25,766 nt of DNA from a virus (taxonomy: Duplodnaviria; Caudoviricetes). Location: IMG/VR virus record IMGVR_UViG_3300031963_000841, positions 1 to 25,766 of that record. One strand, given 5' to 3'. The position numbers and the translations under genes were made by a program. Positions 1-8,423 of this stretch are shown in pieces. Each line of letters starts with the position of its first letter. The first letter of the stretch is position 1. The notes beneath the pieces are model-generated. The model ran no database searches. It was not told where the DNA came from and was given only the letters and a program-made list of their open reading frames with translations.

Positions 1-2
1 TC

Positions 3-242
3 GCTGGTGTGCCAATTTATCCTGATCCTTATTGCCCTGAAGGTACTGTTTACTTCCTGAACAGCAACTACCTGTCGCTCTACATCCATGAGCAGGGTTC
101 GTTCGTGTTCACGGGCTTTGAATCGACCCTTCCGAACTGGCAGATTGGCTACGTTGGCGCAGTGCTGACAATTGCTGAATTGGTCAATACGAAGCCTAAG
201 TCGATGACCAAGGTCACGGGCTACAACTCTTTGACACTGTAA
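3..242 (+). CDS. Major capsid protein, C-terminal part (5' truncated by window)
   Basis: Frame open from the window start (AGVPIYPDPYCPEGTVYFLNSNYLSLYIHE...). The G-V/I-P-I-x-x-D-x-x-C-P...YFLN pattern resembles capsid protein C-termini, and the gene lies ahead of head/neck genes. Confidence 0.75.
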   Translation, partial: AGVPIYPDPYCPEGTVYFLNSNYLSLYIHEQGSFVFTGFESTLPNWQIGYVGAVLTIAELVNTKPKSMTKVTGYNSLTL

Positions 243-255
243 AGGAGAAATAGTC

Positions 256-591
256 ATGGCTCTTGGCTTAAATAAAATTCTGGTAGCGGGTGCAGCCACT
301 AACGCTGCGTCGGCTTACTTCCAGACTTACGCTGCTGGCAATGCAACCGTCGTTCTACCGGCGGGTACTTACTACATTGCGCCAACTGCAAACGTCACTA
401 TCGAACTAAACACCAATAGCACTGGTAACATTAGCAACGCTTCTTGGAGCGTTGTGGTTGCTAACAATACTGGTGGTCTGTTCATTGCTGACGGTACTAA
501 TGTTCGCGCAAATGTGTTGTCAGGTACTCCCACAATTACGCTCTTTACCGTAGATGGTGGAGAGAACGTAAGCGGCACTTACAACGTCTAA
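256..591 (+). CDS. Putative virion structural protein (capsid decoration-like)
   Basis: AAGGAG RBS; beta-rich Asn/Thr/Ala composition; directly after the capsid gene. Confidence 0.55.
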   Translation: MALGLNKILVAGAATNAASAYFQTYAAGNATVVLPAGTYYIAPTANVTIELNTNSTGNISNASWSVVVANNTGGLFIADGTNVRANVLSGTPTITLFTVDGGENVSGTYNV

Positions 592-601
592 GGGGAGCGA
601 C

Positions 602-1012
602 ATGGATGCTAACCATGTAGGTTCGTTATACCCCGATGGATTTGGTAATTTTGCTATTGCTCATGCGGTCAACGTCAGCGTTGGCTCAACTGGCAATGCG
701 GTTGCTCAACTTCCCGTTGTGGGTGGCACTTCTTACATTGTTCGCAGGATCACTGTCGCTAGAGCAAATCAGAGCATTGCTGCTGCAAACGTGACAATTT
801 TGACATCTAATGATGGCAATACGTCTAATGCAGTTAGCAATGCGACTGTTTTGAGTTCTGTAGATGGCACTACGAAGTGGCAAGATTTGACGCTTTCCAC
901 TGCTGCGTTGTCTACGTCTTACTCTGCTCGTTCACTGTTTGTACGGGTGAACACAGCGGTAACTAGCGGCACTTGCGACATTACTGTTTACGGTGACATT
1001 ATTACGTTATGA
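602..1012 (+). CDS. Putative virion structural protein
   Basis: AAGGGGAG RBS; beta-rich Thr/Ser/Val/Asn composition; ATGA overlap with the next gene. Confidence 0.55.
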   Translation: MDANHVGSLYPDGFGNFAIAHAVNVSVGSTGNAVAQLPVVGGTSYIVRRITVARANQSIAAANVTILTSNDGNTSNAVSNATVLSSVDGTTKWQDLTLSTAALSTSYSARSLFVRVNTAVTSGTCDITVYGDIITL

Positions 1013-1347
1013 CAACTGTATATGTGACTAATCGAAGCGAAAAAGCTTTGATCCAAAACTACGCTTTTCAGGACTATAAGTTTCCTGTAAACGAACCAGT
1101 CGAGATCAGTGTAGAGATGGCGCGTCATGTATTTGGTTATGAGCAGGAAAATAAACTTCCTGCGATGGTGATGCTTGGGTTATGCAAATCAACCAATGAG
1201 ATCGAAGAAGGTTTGGTCAAGTTGGCAAAGTTTGAGATAACCCAAGATAAGCCGGAACAGAATCGCTTTTTATCCCCTGGCGATGACTCAGTAACCCCCC
1301 TTGTGCCTAAAGCACATAGGGGGCGAACAGTCGTTAAAGCCGCTTAG
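1009..1347 (+). CDS. Hypothetical protein (head module)
   Basis: 112 aa ORF coupled to the upstream gene by ATGA overlap. Confidence 0.6.
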   Translation: MTTVYVTNRSEKALIQNYAFQDYKFPVNEPVEISVEMARHVFGYEQENKLPAMVMLGLCKSTNEIEEGLVKLAKFEITQDKPEQNRFLSPGDDSVTPLVPKAHRGRTVVKAA

Positions 1348-1360
1348 ATATGGGTTTTAA

Positions 1361-2206
1361 ATGGCAACTCTTAACAGCTATATCACGGAAGTCCGTAGGC
1401 TGTTGCATGATGCAAACGGGAATTTCTATTCCGACTCGGAACTGACTGATTACATCAATGGTGCGCGTGATCGCGTTGCCAGAGATACCGGCTGTCTAAG
1501 AAAACTACAAGTTGCTCAAACACCAATAGCACCCGTAGGCTATTCTGGTAATCCAGTTATCTGGACTGCAAATACGTTCTATGCCGTTGGCGCTTTAGTT
1601 TTTTCAAACATCTTTATTTATGAGGTCACTGTTGCCGGAACGACAGGTGACACTCCACCGCCTTATCCAGATAACTACACCGCATACCCGCCTTCAACGC
1701 CTTTTTTAAATGGCACGGCAGAGTTTCGGTATGCTGGTAACTGCGAGATTATTCCTTACGACAGTTTGCCGGAAACTGGGCAGACGCTAGATATTCTGAA
1801 CGTCAATGTGTTTTGGGGGAACAGCCGTTATCCGCTGTCTTATATGCCCTGGACGCAGTTCAACGCACAATTACGTTATTGGCAGAATTACATTGGTCGG
1901 CCTGTAGCTTTTTCTGTTTTCGGTCAGAACCAGATTTACATTTCTCCGATTCCTGACCAGGTTTACACCATCGAAGTCGATACAACGATTTTGCCTGTGC
2001 CGCTGGTTAATGGCGCAGAGGTGGACAGCATTATTGATCCGTATACAACACCTGTCGCTTACTACGCAGCGTATACGGCGAAGTTCAAAGAACAGTCTTA
2101 TGGCGAATCTGAAATTTTCTACCAGCAATATATTAGCAAGGTTCGCTCTGTACTCAACACTACGTTCACAAGGCGAATGCCCGATCCTTACAGCACTCCG
2201 TTCTAA
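1361..2206 (+). CDS. Head-tail adaptor / tail tubular protein A-like, with an inserted carbohydrate-binding-like module
   Basis: N-terminal TLNSYITEVRRLLHD...YSDSELTDYIN and C-terminal GRP...IYISPIPDQVY...YYAAY patterns typical of podovirus adaptor proteins; sits before the nozzle gene. Confidence 0.7.
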   Translation: MATLNSYITEVRRLLHDANGNFYSDSELTDYINGARDRVARDTGCLRKLQVAQTPIAPVGYSGNPVIWTANTFYAVGALVFSNIFIYEVTVAGTTGDTPPPYPDNYTAYPPSTPFLNGTAEFRYAGNCEIIPYDSLPETGQTLDILNVNVFWGNSRYPLSYMPWTQFNAQLRYWQNYIGRPVAFSVFGQNQIYISPIPDQVYTIEVDTTILPVPLVNGAEVDSIIDPYTTPVAYYAAYTAKFKEQSYGESEIFYQQYISKVRSVLNTTFTRRMPDPYSTPF

Positions 2207-2208
2207 CT

Positions 2209-4176
2209 ATGGCTGCGACAGAGCAAAAGAAAAGTTACGAGGTAGTCAAGAACTTCAGAGGTGTTAACACCAAGGCTAACCGCACGGCTATTGATAAGGA
2301 TGAGTTTTCTTGGTTAGAAAACGCCATGCCTATTGGTTACGCCAATCTTAAAATTGTTCCAACCTTTACTACTGCAAATGTTTCATTTTCCAATTCAGTT
2401 ACAACTCTAACATCTTGTAATATCAATAACTCAGATTTTGTTTTAGGGTTTAGCGAGAATGGTCGGGCTGAAGCAATTAATGTTGTTAATTACACAAAAA
2501 GCAATGTAGCTGTTGCTGGTACGTTTTCCAATTCTGGAATTAACACTACACAATGGAAAAGCGAAAGAATACTGATTGGCGATCCAGAAAAAGGTGTTTT
2601 TTCTTGGGATGGAACTAATCTAGTTACTATTGGCTCCGTCGGATCAATAGCTATTCTTAGACCAGGAAGCGGATACACAAGCACACCTGTCGTTAATATT
2701 TCTGCTCCAGATGAAGTTGGCGGCATTCAGGCAACGGCTCAAGCGACGGTTACTGCTAATGCGGTTACGGCTATCACGCTAACAGAAGCTGGATCGGGTT
2801 ATATAAATCCACCAACAGTTACGATTTTTGGTGGTGGTAGTACAAACGCAGCAAATGCTGTTTGTAGTTTTGTGACGTTTAGAAAAGGCACAGTTAGCAT
2901 CAATGTCACTAATCCTGGCACGGGCTACACCAACGTATTAAATACGGTTGTGACAATTACAGGTGGTGGCGGTACAAATGCTGCTGCTAGGGCAATTTTG
3001 TCTGGTAATCAGATTTCACGGATTGTAATGACTAATCCTGGAATCAACTACACCAACAATGCCAACATTACTGTGACGATTACGGGCGGGGGAGGCAATA
3101 ATGGAGCAGCCAAAGCCGTTATCCAAACAGATTCAGTATCAGGAATACAAACTTTTTCAGGAAGAACTTGGGTTAGCCAGGGAAGGACTGTTTTTTACTC
3201 TGCTGCTGATTCTTATAGCGATTTTACAAGTGTGTCTGCTGGCAACCTTGTTTTAACGGATAGCACGCTCCATAGCAATATTGTCCAACTGTTATCAGCC
3301 AATAACTTTTTGTACATCTTTGGTGAAGACAGCATCAATGTCTTTTCTGATGTTCGCGTTACATCGTTAGGCACAACTATATTCACCAACACCAACGTAT
3401 CTGCCTCCGTAGGTACTCGGTTGCCGTATGCAATTTTCCCGTTCTTCCGTTCAGTATTGTTTATGAACGAATACGGTGCTTACGCACTTGTTGGCTCTAC
3501 TACTTCAAAAATATCAGATGCTCTGGATGGCGTCTTCCCTGACATTGACTTTACTACAGCAGAGATTACTGGTGGTCAGGTACTTATAAACAACATTTTG
3601 TGTGCTGCCTTTAATATTCGCTACAACTATAACGGCACATATCAATACATCCAAGCGGTGTTCTTTGATAAAAAATGGTTTTTTACTAAGCAAAATCCAA
3701 ATTTAAAATTGATTACTTCCATTCCTACAAATGGAAAAATCAATATGTACGGAACTACCGGAACAGACTTAGTGTTTTTGTATTCAGATTCTACGAGTTT
3801 GATTGATAGCGTTATTGAAACGGCACTGATGCCGATGACCGATCCAATCAGGACAAAACAAGCGTTAAAGGTTGGAATTGAAGCAACAATAGATGGCGCT
3901 GGTTTGTTATCAACAACAATTGATAGCGAATCAAGTTCTAGCCCGCCTTATCTTTTAGGTAATTATGTTGTTTGGACTAACAATTTTGGCGCTCCTATTT
4001 CTTGGATTAACAATTCATCTAGCGTAATTTCCTGGCTCAGTACCAGTGGATATGTCTTATACAAAACTGACGCGCAACAATGGGGTAAATATCTTGGTAT
4101 GACCGTTACTTCTAATTCCTCGGCAATGGTAATTAACGGTTTTGAATACGAACACGAATTAAGAGTGAGGTTCTAA
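2209..4176 (+). CDS. Tail tubular protein B / nozzle (P22 gp10- or T7 gp12-like) with G-S/T-G-Y repeat insertion
   Basis: N-terminal F-R-G-V-N...ENAMP motif, beta-propeller-like segments (GRTWVSQGRTVFYS, FLYIFGEDSINVF); 655 aa; follows the adaptor gene. Confidence 0.7.
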   Translation: MAATEQKKSYEVVKNFRGVNTKANRTAIDKDEFSWLENAMPIGYANLKIVPTFTTANVSFSNSVTTLTSCNINNSDFVLGFSENGRAEAINVVNYTKSNVAVAGTFSNSGINTTQWKSERILIGDPEKGVFSWDGTNLVTIGSVGSIAILRPGSGYTSTPVVNISAPDEVGGIQATAQATVTANAVTAITLTEAGSGYINPPTVTIFGGGSTNAANAVCSFVTFRKGTVSINVTNPGTGYTNVLNTVVTITGGGGTNAAARAILSGNQISRIVMTNPGINYTNNANITVTITGGGGNNGAAKAVIQTDSVSGIQTFSGRTWVSQGRTVFYSAADSYSDFTSVSAGNLVLTDSTLHSNIVQLLSANNFLYIFGEDSINVFSDVRVTSLGTTIFTNTNVSASVGTRLPYAIFPFFRSVLFMNEYGAYALVGSTTSKISDALDGVFPDIDFTTAEITGGQVLINNILCAAFNIRYNYNGTYQYIQAVFFDKKWFFTKQNPNLKLITSIPTNGKINMYGTTGTDLVFLYSDSTSLIDSVIETALMPMTDPIRTKQALKVGIEATIDGAGLLSTTIDSESSSSPPYLLGNYVVWTNNFGAPISWINNSSSVISWLSTSGYVLYKTDAQQWGKYLGMTVTSNSSAMVINGFEYEHELRVRF

Positions 4177-4722
4177 ATGCCGGTTCCAAATACATTTGCC
4201 AGCGCCACGACTTCGATTCCGTTGGCGCAACTGGATGCAAACTTTGCTACGCCTATTACGCTTGGAAATACGGTAATTCAGCTTGGAAATACAGTTTCAA
4301 CAATAGGCAACATAACGCTGTCAAACGTCACTATTAACGGCGGGGCGATTAGCGCGAATGTAGCTAATGCAACAACAGATAGCGCCAATGTAGTTGGCTA
4401 TATGGGTATCCCGCAGAACATCCAGAATGGAAGTTACAACGTCGTTCTTGGAGATTCTGGAAAACATATTTATCACCCCATTAACACGGCTGCTGCGGTT
4501 TACACTTTTCCAGCAAACTCAAACGTCGCATTCACGATTGGTTCGGCGGTAACCATCATTAATGGTTCAGCTAACAACATCACAATTTCTCTGACTAGCG
4601 ACACGATGTATTTGGCTGGAAACGGGGCAACTGGTAGCCGAACACTAACGCAGTTTGGTATTGCGACAGCAGTAAAAGTAACCAGCAACTCTTGGTTAAT
4701 CTCAGGCACAAATCTGATATGA
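4177..4722 (+). CDS. Tail fibre/spike-associated protein
   Basis: N-terminal PVPNTFA...LDANF anchor-like motif; C-terminal GIPQN...D.GKHIY...WLISG beta domain common in phage tail-fibre modules. Confidence 0.6.
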   Translation: MPVPNTFASATTSIPLAQLDANFATPITLGNTVIQLGNTVSTIGNITLSNVTINGGAISANVANATTDSANVVGYMGIPQNIQNGSYNVVLGDSGKHIYHPINTAAAVYTFPANSNVAFTIGSAVTIINGSANNITISLTSDTMYLAGNGATGSRTLTQFGIATAVKVTSNSWLISGTNLI

Positions 4723-6659
4723 CAGGAATTCTACAAGCGTTGTTGTCTTGTTTTGGGGGCCAAGCTACTCCTGGGCCTTCTTACGTTGAAGACGTATTTT
4801 CGACGTATTTATATACGGGAAACGGATCAACACAAACGATTGATAACGGAATGGACTTGTCTGGATCGGGCGGTATGGTCTGGATCAAAAGTCGATCAGC
4901 GGCTACTGACCATGCTTTATACGATACTGCGCGGGGTGCAACATTTGATTTGGTATCCAATTCTTCCGCAGCGCAAACAACACAAGTAAACGGTCTTACT
5001 TCTTTCAATTTCAACGGGTTTAGTATTGGTTCTCTAGCCAAACTAAATACAAGTAGCGCAAATTATGCGTCGTGGACTTTTGAAAAAAAAGATAAGTTTT
5101 TTGACGTAAGAGCTGTTTCGCATACGAATGGCACGGCAACAGATGTTGATTTATCAAACCTTGGCACGTTAGGCTCGGTAATTTTCAAAGATACCGGTAG
5201 CGGTAACTGGTTTGTATGGCATCGGTCATTGAGCGGCAGTAACAAGTTGATATTAAATTCAGCTGATAACCAAGCAAGTTTTACAACATTTAACGTATCT
5301 GGTACGACGGTCACAATTTCATCTGCCGCAACTACTGGTACAAAATTGATTTATGCGTTTGCTCATGACGCAGGTGGATTTGGTGATTTTGCCGCTGACA
5401 ATGTTATCAGTTGCGGAACTTATCTTGGAAGCAATCATAGAGCGCAAGAAGTTGTTCAGCTTGGGTATGAACCGCAGTGGGTTTTAATTAAAAATATTAC
5501 AACGAGCGCAACTCAATGGGTGGTCGTTGACAATATGCGCGGGATGGCAAGAACGGGGCCAAATTCGTGGCTTGCTCCTAATACTGCTAATGTTGAAACA
5601 ACGACTGCTGCTGATAGGGTTGTTGCTTCCGCGACTGGATTCTTTTTTGATGGGCCACAACAGCCTATCAATGAAGCTGGATCAACTTTTGTTTACATTG
5701 CGATTCGTCGTGGGCCAATGAGAGTTCCCGTAAGTGGAACGAATGTTCTTCAGTTGTCTGCAAGAACTGGTACTGGGGCAAATGCAACTGTTTCAGGCGG
5801 CTCCTCAATTGACGATTTGGTTATTATAAAAAATAGGGGTGCGTCAGTCATTCCTTTGTGGGTTCCTAGACTTGTTGGAATTAACTATCTTGCAAGTAGC
5901 GCAACAACCGCAGAAACTGCTGCCGGAGCAACAATTTTACAATCTAATCCTTGGGATGTAATGGATGGGGTTAAAGTTGGAACAACTTCAACTATTGTCA
6001 ACGCATCAGCAAATACCTACATTAATTACTTGTTTACCCGCGCACCTTATTTCTTTGATGTTGTGTGCTACACGGGAACTGGCACAAACACCACACAAGC
6101 GCACAATTTAGGAGTTGCTCCAGATTTAATGATTGTAAAAGCAAGATCGGCTATAGGTGGTTGGAATGTGTACTCATCGGCTTTAACAAATACGCAATAT
6201 ATTTTCCTTGATAGCACAGCAGGGAGAGTTAGTGGCGCGACTACCCGCTGGAATAGCACCAGCCCAACCGCAAGCGTATTTAGCCTTGGTACTTCAAGTG
6301 AGGTTAATGGGAGTGGTACTACCTACGTTGCTTACCTTTTTGGAACTATTGGAGGCGTTTCAAAATCAGGTGGTTATACGGGAACAGGCGCGGCACAAGT
6401 TATTGATTGCGGATTTACCACTGGCGCAAGATTTGTAATGATAAAAAGAACAGATGCTATTGGTGGTTGGTATGTCTGGGATAGCGCTCGAGGAATTGCT
6501 GTTGGTAATGATCCATTCTTCTTTATGGATAGTCCAGCATCAGAAAACACATCCACTGATTACATCAATCCGGCAAGTTCGGGTTTTGAGATTTCCAGTA
6601 CAGCACCAATAGCAATTAATGCTTCTGGAGGTTCATATCTTTTCTTAGCTATTGCGTAG
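4719..6659 (+). CDS. Tail fibre / receptor-binding protein with six repeated beta domains
   Basis: Start placed at ATG 4719 (ATGA overlap). Recurrent Y-T-G-x-G...P-D/Q-L/W-V-x-I-K-x-R...W-x-V domains; followed by a chaperone gene. Confidence 0.75.
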   Translation: MTGILQALLSCFGGQATPGPSYVEDVFSTYLYTGNGSTQTIDNGMDLSGSGGMVWIKSRSAATDHALYDTARGATFDLVSNSSAAQTTQVNGLTSFNFNGFSIGSLAKLNTSSANYASWTFEKKDKFFDVRAVSHTNGTATDVDLSNLGTLGSVIFKDTGSGNWFVWHRSLSGSNKLILNSADNQASFTTFNVSGTTVTISSAATTGTKLIYAFAHDAGGFGDFAADNVISCGTYLGSNHRAQEVVQLGYEPQWVLIKNITTSATQWVVVDNMRGMARTGPNSWLAPNTANVETTTAADRVVASATGFFFDGPQQPINEAGSTFVYIAIRRGPMRVPVSGTNVLQLSARTGTGANATVSGGSSIDDLVIIKNRGASVIPLWVPRLVGINYLASSATTAETAAGATILQSNPWDVMDGVKVGTTSTIVNASANTYINYLFTRAPYFFDVVCYTGTGTNTTQAHNLGVAPDLMIVKARSAIGGWNVYSSALTNTQYIFLDSTAGRVSGATTRWNSTSPTASVFSLGTSSEVNGSGTTYVAYLFGTIGGVSKSGGYTGTGAAQVIDCGFTTGARFVMIKRTDAIGGWYVWDSARGIAVGNDPFFFMDSPASENTSTDYINPASSGFEISSTAPIAINASGGSYLFLAIA

Positions 6660-6669
6660 GGAAAATATT

Positions 6670-7167
6670 ATGGGATACAGAATAGAAGCGACAGGCGAGT
6701 ATTTTGCAACGGATGCTTCGCTACGGAATGTTTTAAAAAGCAGACTTGATATTCCTTCGCCGATAACTCCAGAATTTATGGTGCAAAACGGAATTGAACC
6801 TGTGTTCGAGGGGCCACAAGCAACTGGAGGAACTGTTTATCAGTACAGCCAGTTTTCTGGCATAGAGAAAGCAGAAGATGGGAAGTGGTACAAAAAATAT
6901 GTGTTAGGGCCAATCTTCACTGATAACGAAGAAGGATCGGCAGTCGAACAGGAATCCGCTTATAAGTCTAGGCGCGATGCAGAGCAATCTGAAAATGTGC
7001 GCCAAGATCGTAATCGTAGACTTGCTGAATCAGATTGGACGCAGTTGGATGATACGCCAGTTACTAACAAATTAGATTGGGCAACTTACCGCCAGGCACT
7101 ACGCGATTTGCCAGAAAAAGATGGTTTTCCTTGGGCTGTAGATTGGCCTGCTCAACCGGAGGCTTAA
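6670..7167 (+). CDS. Tail fibre assembly chaperone
   Basis: C-terminal RQDRNRRLAESDWTQL.D.P...WATYRQALRDLP...FPW.V.WP..P signature; start ATG 6670 preferred (AGGG upstream). Confidence 0.85.
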   Translation: MGYRIEATGEYFATDASLRNVLKSRLDIPSPITPEFMVQNGIEPVFEGPQATGGTVYQYSQFSGIEKAEDGKWYKKYVLGPIFTDNEEGSAVEQESAYKSRRDAEQSENVRQDRNRRLAESDWTQLDDTPVTNKLDWATYRQALRDLPEKDGFPWAVDWPAQPEA

Positions 7168-7497
7168 ATGGGAATTAATGCTTTTACAAAAACAGGCAAC
7201 ACAGTAATTTTTACTGCTGCTACAACTGCGCCCACCGCTGTCCAGTGTTCTTCTACTACTTTGGGTGGCAATCAATACAGAGTTGTAAACGCAGGAAACG
7301 TGACCGTGTTTCTAGGTTATGGCACAACTGCGGCAGCAGCCAATACCGCATCGGCAAGTATTAGCACAACAGGAGAGGCTTTCCCATTGTTGGGAAATAC
7401 CACTCAAATACTGACATTTTTGCCCAATGCTTTCTTTACTGGAAGAACAGCATCTGGAACTGCTGCGGTGTACATCACGCCTGGCGATGGTTTGTAA
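7168..7497 (+). CDS. Small beta-rich structural-like protein (paralog of 16557-16904)
   Basis: Shares AF..GN.V, NQY.V.N...VF..YG and the terminal YITPG(D/E)GL with the 16557 ORF. Confidence 0.65.
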   Translation: MGINAFTKTGNTVIFTAATTAPTAVQCSSTTLGGNQYRVVNAGNVTVFLGYGTTAAAANTASASISTTGEAFPLLGNTTQILTFLPNAFFTGRTASGTAAVYITPGDGL

Positions 7498-7513
7498 GAT
7501 TACGGGGTCTAAA

Positions 7514-7738
7514 TTGGAAGGCCAAATGCTCTTTAATCTTGTTGTCGGTATCGCCGCCTTCTTTGGTGGTTGGACACTGAACAACATTACACGGATGTTG
7601 AACCGTTTAGATGAGGATATTCGGGATTTGCCGCACTTGTACGTTAGTAAAGACGATTACAAGAACGACATCCATGAAATTAAGGGAATGTTAGGCAAGA
7701 TTTTCGACAAACTCGAAGGTAAGGCTGACAAAGTATGA
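7514..7738 (+). CDS. Small single-TM membrane protein with coiled-coil tail
   Basis: Likely TTG start at 7514 after GGGG RBS (alternative ATG 7526); hydrophobic LFNLVVGIAAFFGGW then a charged helical region; ATGA overlap downstream. Confidence 0.65.
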   Translation: MEGQMLFNLVVGIAAFFGGWTLNNITRMLNRLDEDIRDLPHLYVSKDDYKNDIHEIKGMLGKIFDKLEGKADKV

Positions 7739-8079
7739 ACATGGAGACTCTTAGCATCGTGAAGTTCGGCGATAAGGACTCGCTAGGGGAGTTTTTGTTC
7801 GAAAACGGTGTTCAGCACAAGTTATTCCAAGAAACATTCATGGATGCAGGCTTTATAGTGCCTGTTTTCCCGCTAATTGACGCTGATATAGACAATTTGG
7901 ATGACTGGTTGCAGGTTCATCAGGTTGAACACCAAGCTTTTGCTAACCTTTTGGGGCTAAATAACCCCTTCAATTTGTTAGATACTGACTGGAATAGAGA
8001 AGAAGATTTTTATGACTGGATAGCCAGTCACTTGTACATTCATGAACAGATTGTTGCTGCCCTTGAATTGGAAAATTGA
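7735..8079 (+). CDS. Hypothetical acidic, His-motif protein
   Basis: 114 aa, coupled by ATGA overlap; W-x3-H-x3-H motif occurs twice. Confidence 0.65.
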   Translation: MNMETLSIVKFGDKDSLGEFLFENGVQHKLFQETFMDAGFIVPVFPLIDADIDNLDDWLQVHQVEHQAFANLLGLNNPFNLLDTDWNREEDFYDWIASHLYIHEQIVAALELEN

Positions 8080-8081
8080 TT

Positions 8082-8414
8082 ATGGCTATGCTTCCCCAAC
8101 CAAATAGAAATGTTGCAATGCAACAAAACGCTGATGTTATGCAAGCCATGCAAGGTGGTGGCGGTGCTATGAGCAATCCGCAAACGCAGCAGGCTAGGGA
8201 AATGATCATGCAGCTTATGGAGCAGACTGGTCTAACCCCTGATCAGCTAAAAGAGTTGGGAAAGCTGGCAGAAATGAGCATCCAAGATCAGCAGGTCTAT
8301 CCAATGTTTATGGAAAGACTTAGACGCTTTGGATTAAGCGATGCTGAGAGCTTGCGCGGTGATATTGATTACCAAGCGCTTGCGATATTTGCAACTGCCG
8401 CCAAACTGATTTAA
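8082..8414 (+). CDS. Hypothetical helical Gln/Met-rich protein (possible internal virion protein)
   Basis: ORF immediately before the large ejection-protein block; ATG 8082 preferred over TTG 8076. Confidence 0.55.
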   Translation: MAMLPQPNRNVAMQQNADVMQAMQGGGGAMSNPQTQQAREMIMQLMEQTGLTPDQLKELGKLAEMSIQDQQVYPMFMERLRRFGLSDAESLRGDIDYQALAIFATAAKLI

Positions 8415-8423
8415 GGATAAAAG

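Noticed and set aside
5083-5090. A8 run as a frameshift or phase-variation site
   Set aside because: The reading frame is intact and no meaningful alternative-frame product is apparent.
4719-6659. Diversity-generating retroelement target in the tail fibre
   Set aside because: No reverse transcriptase and no near-identical template/variable repeat pair seen in the window.
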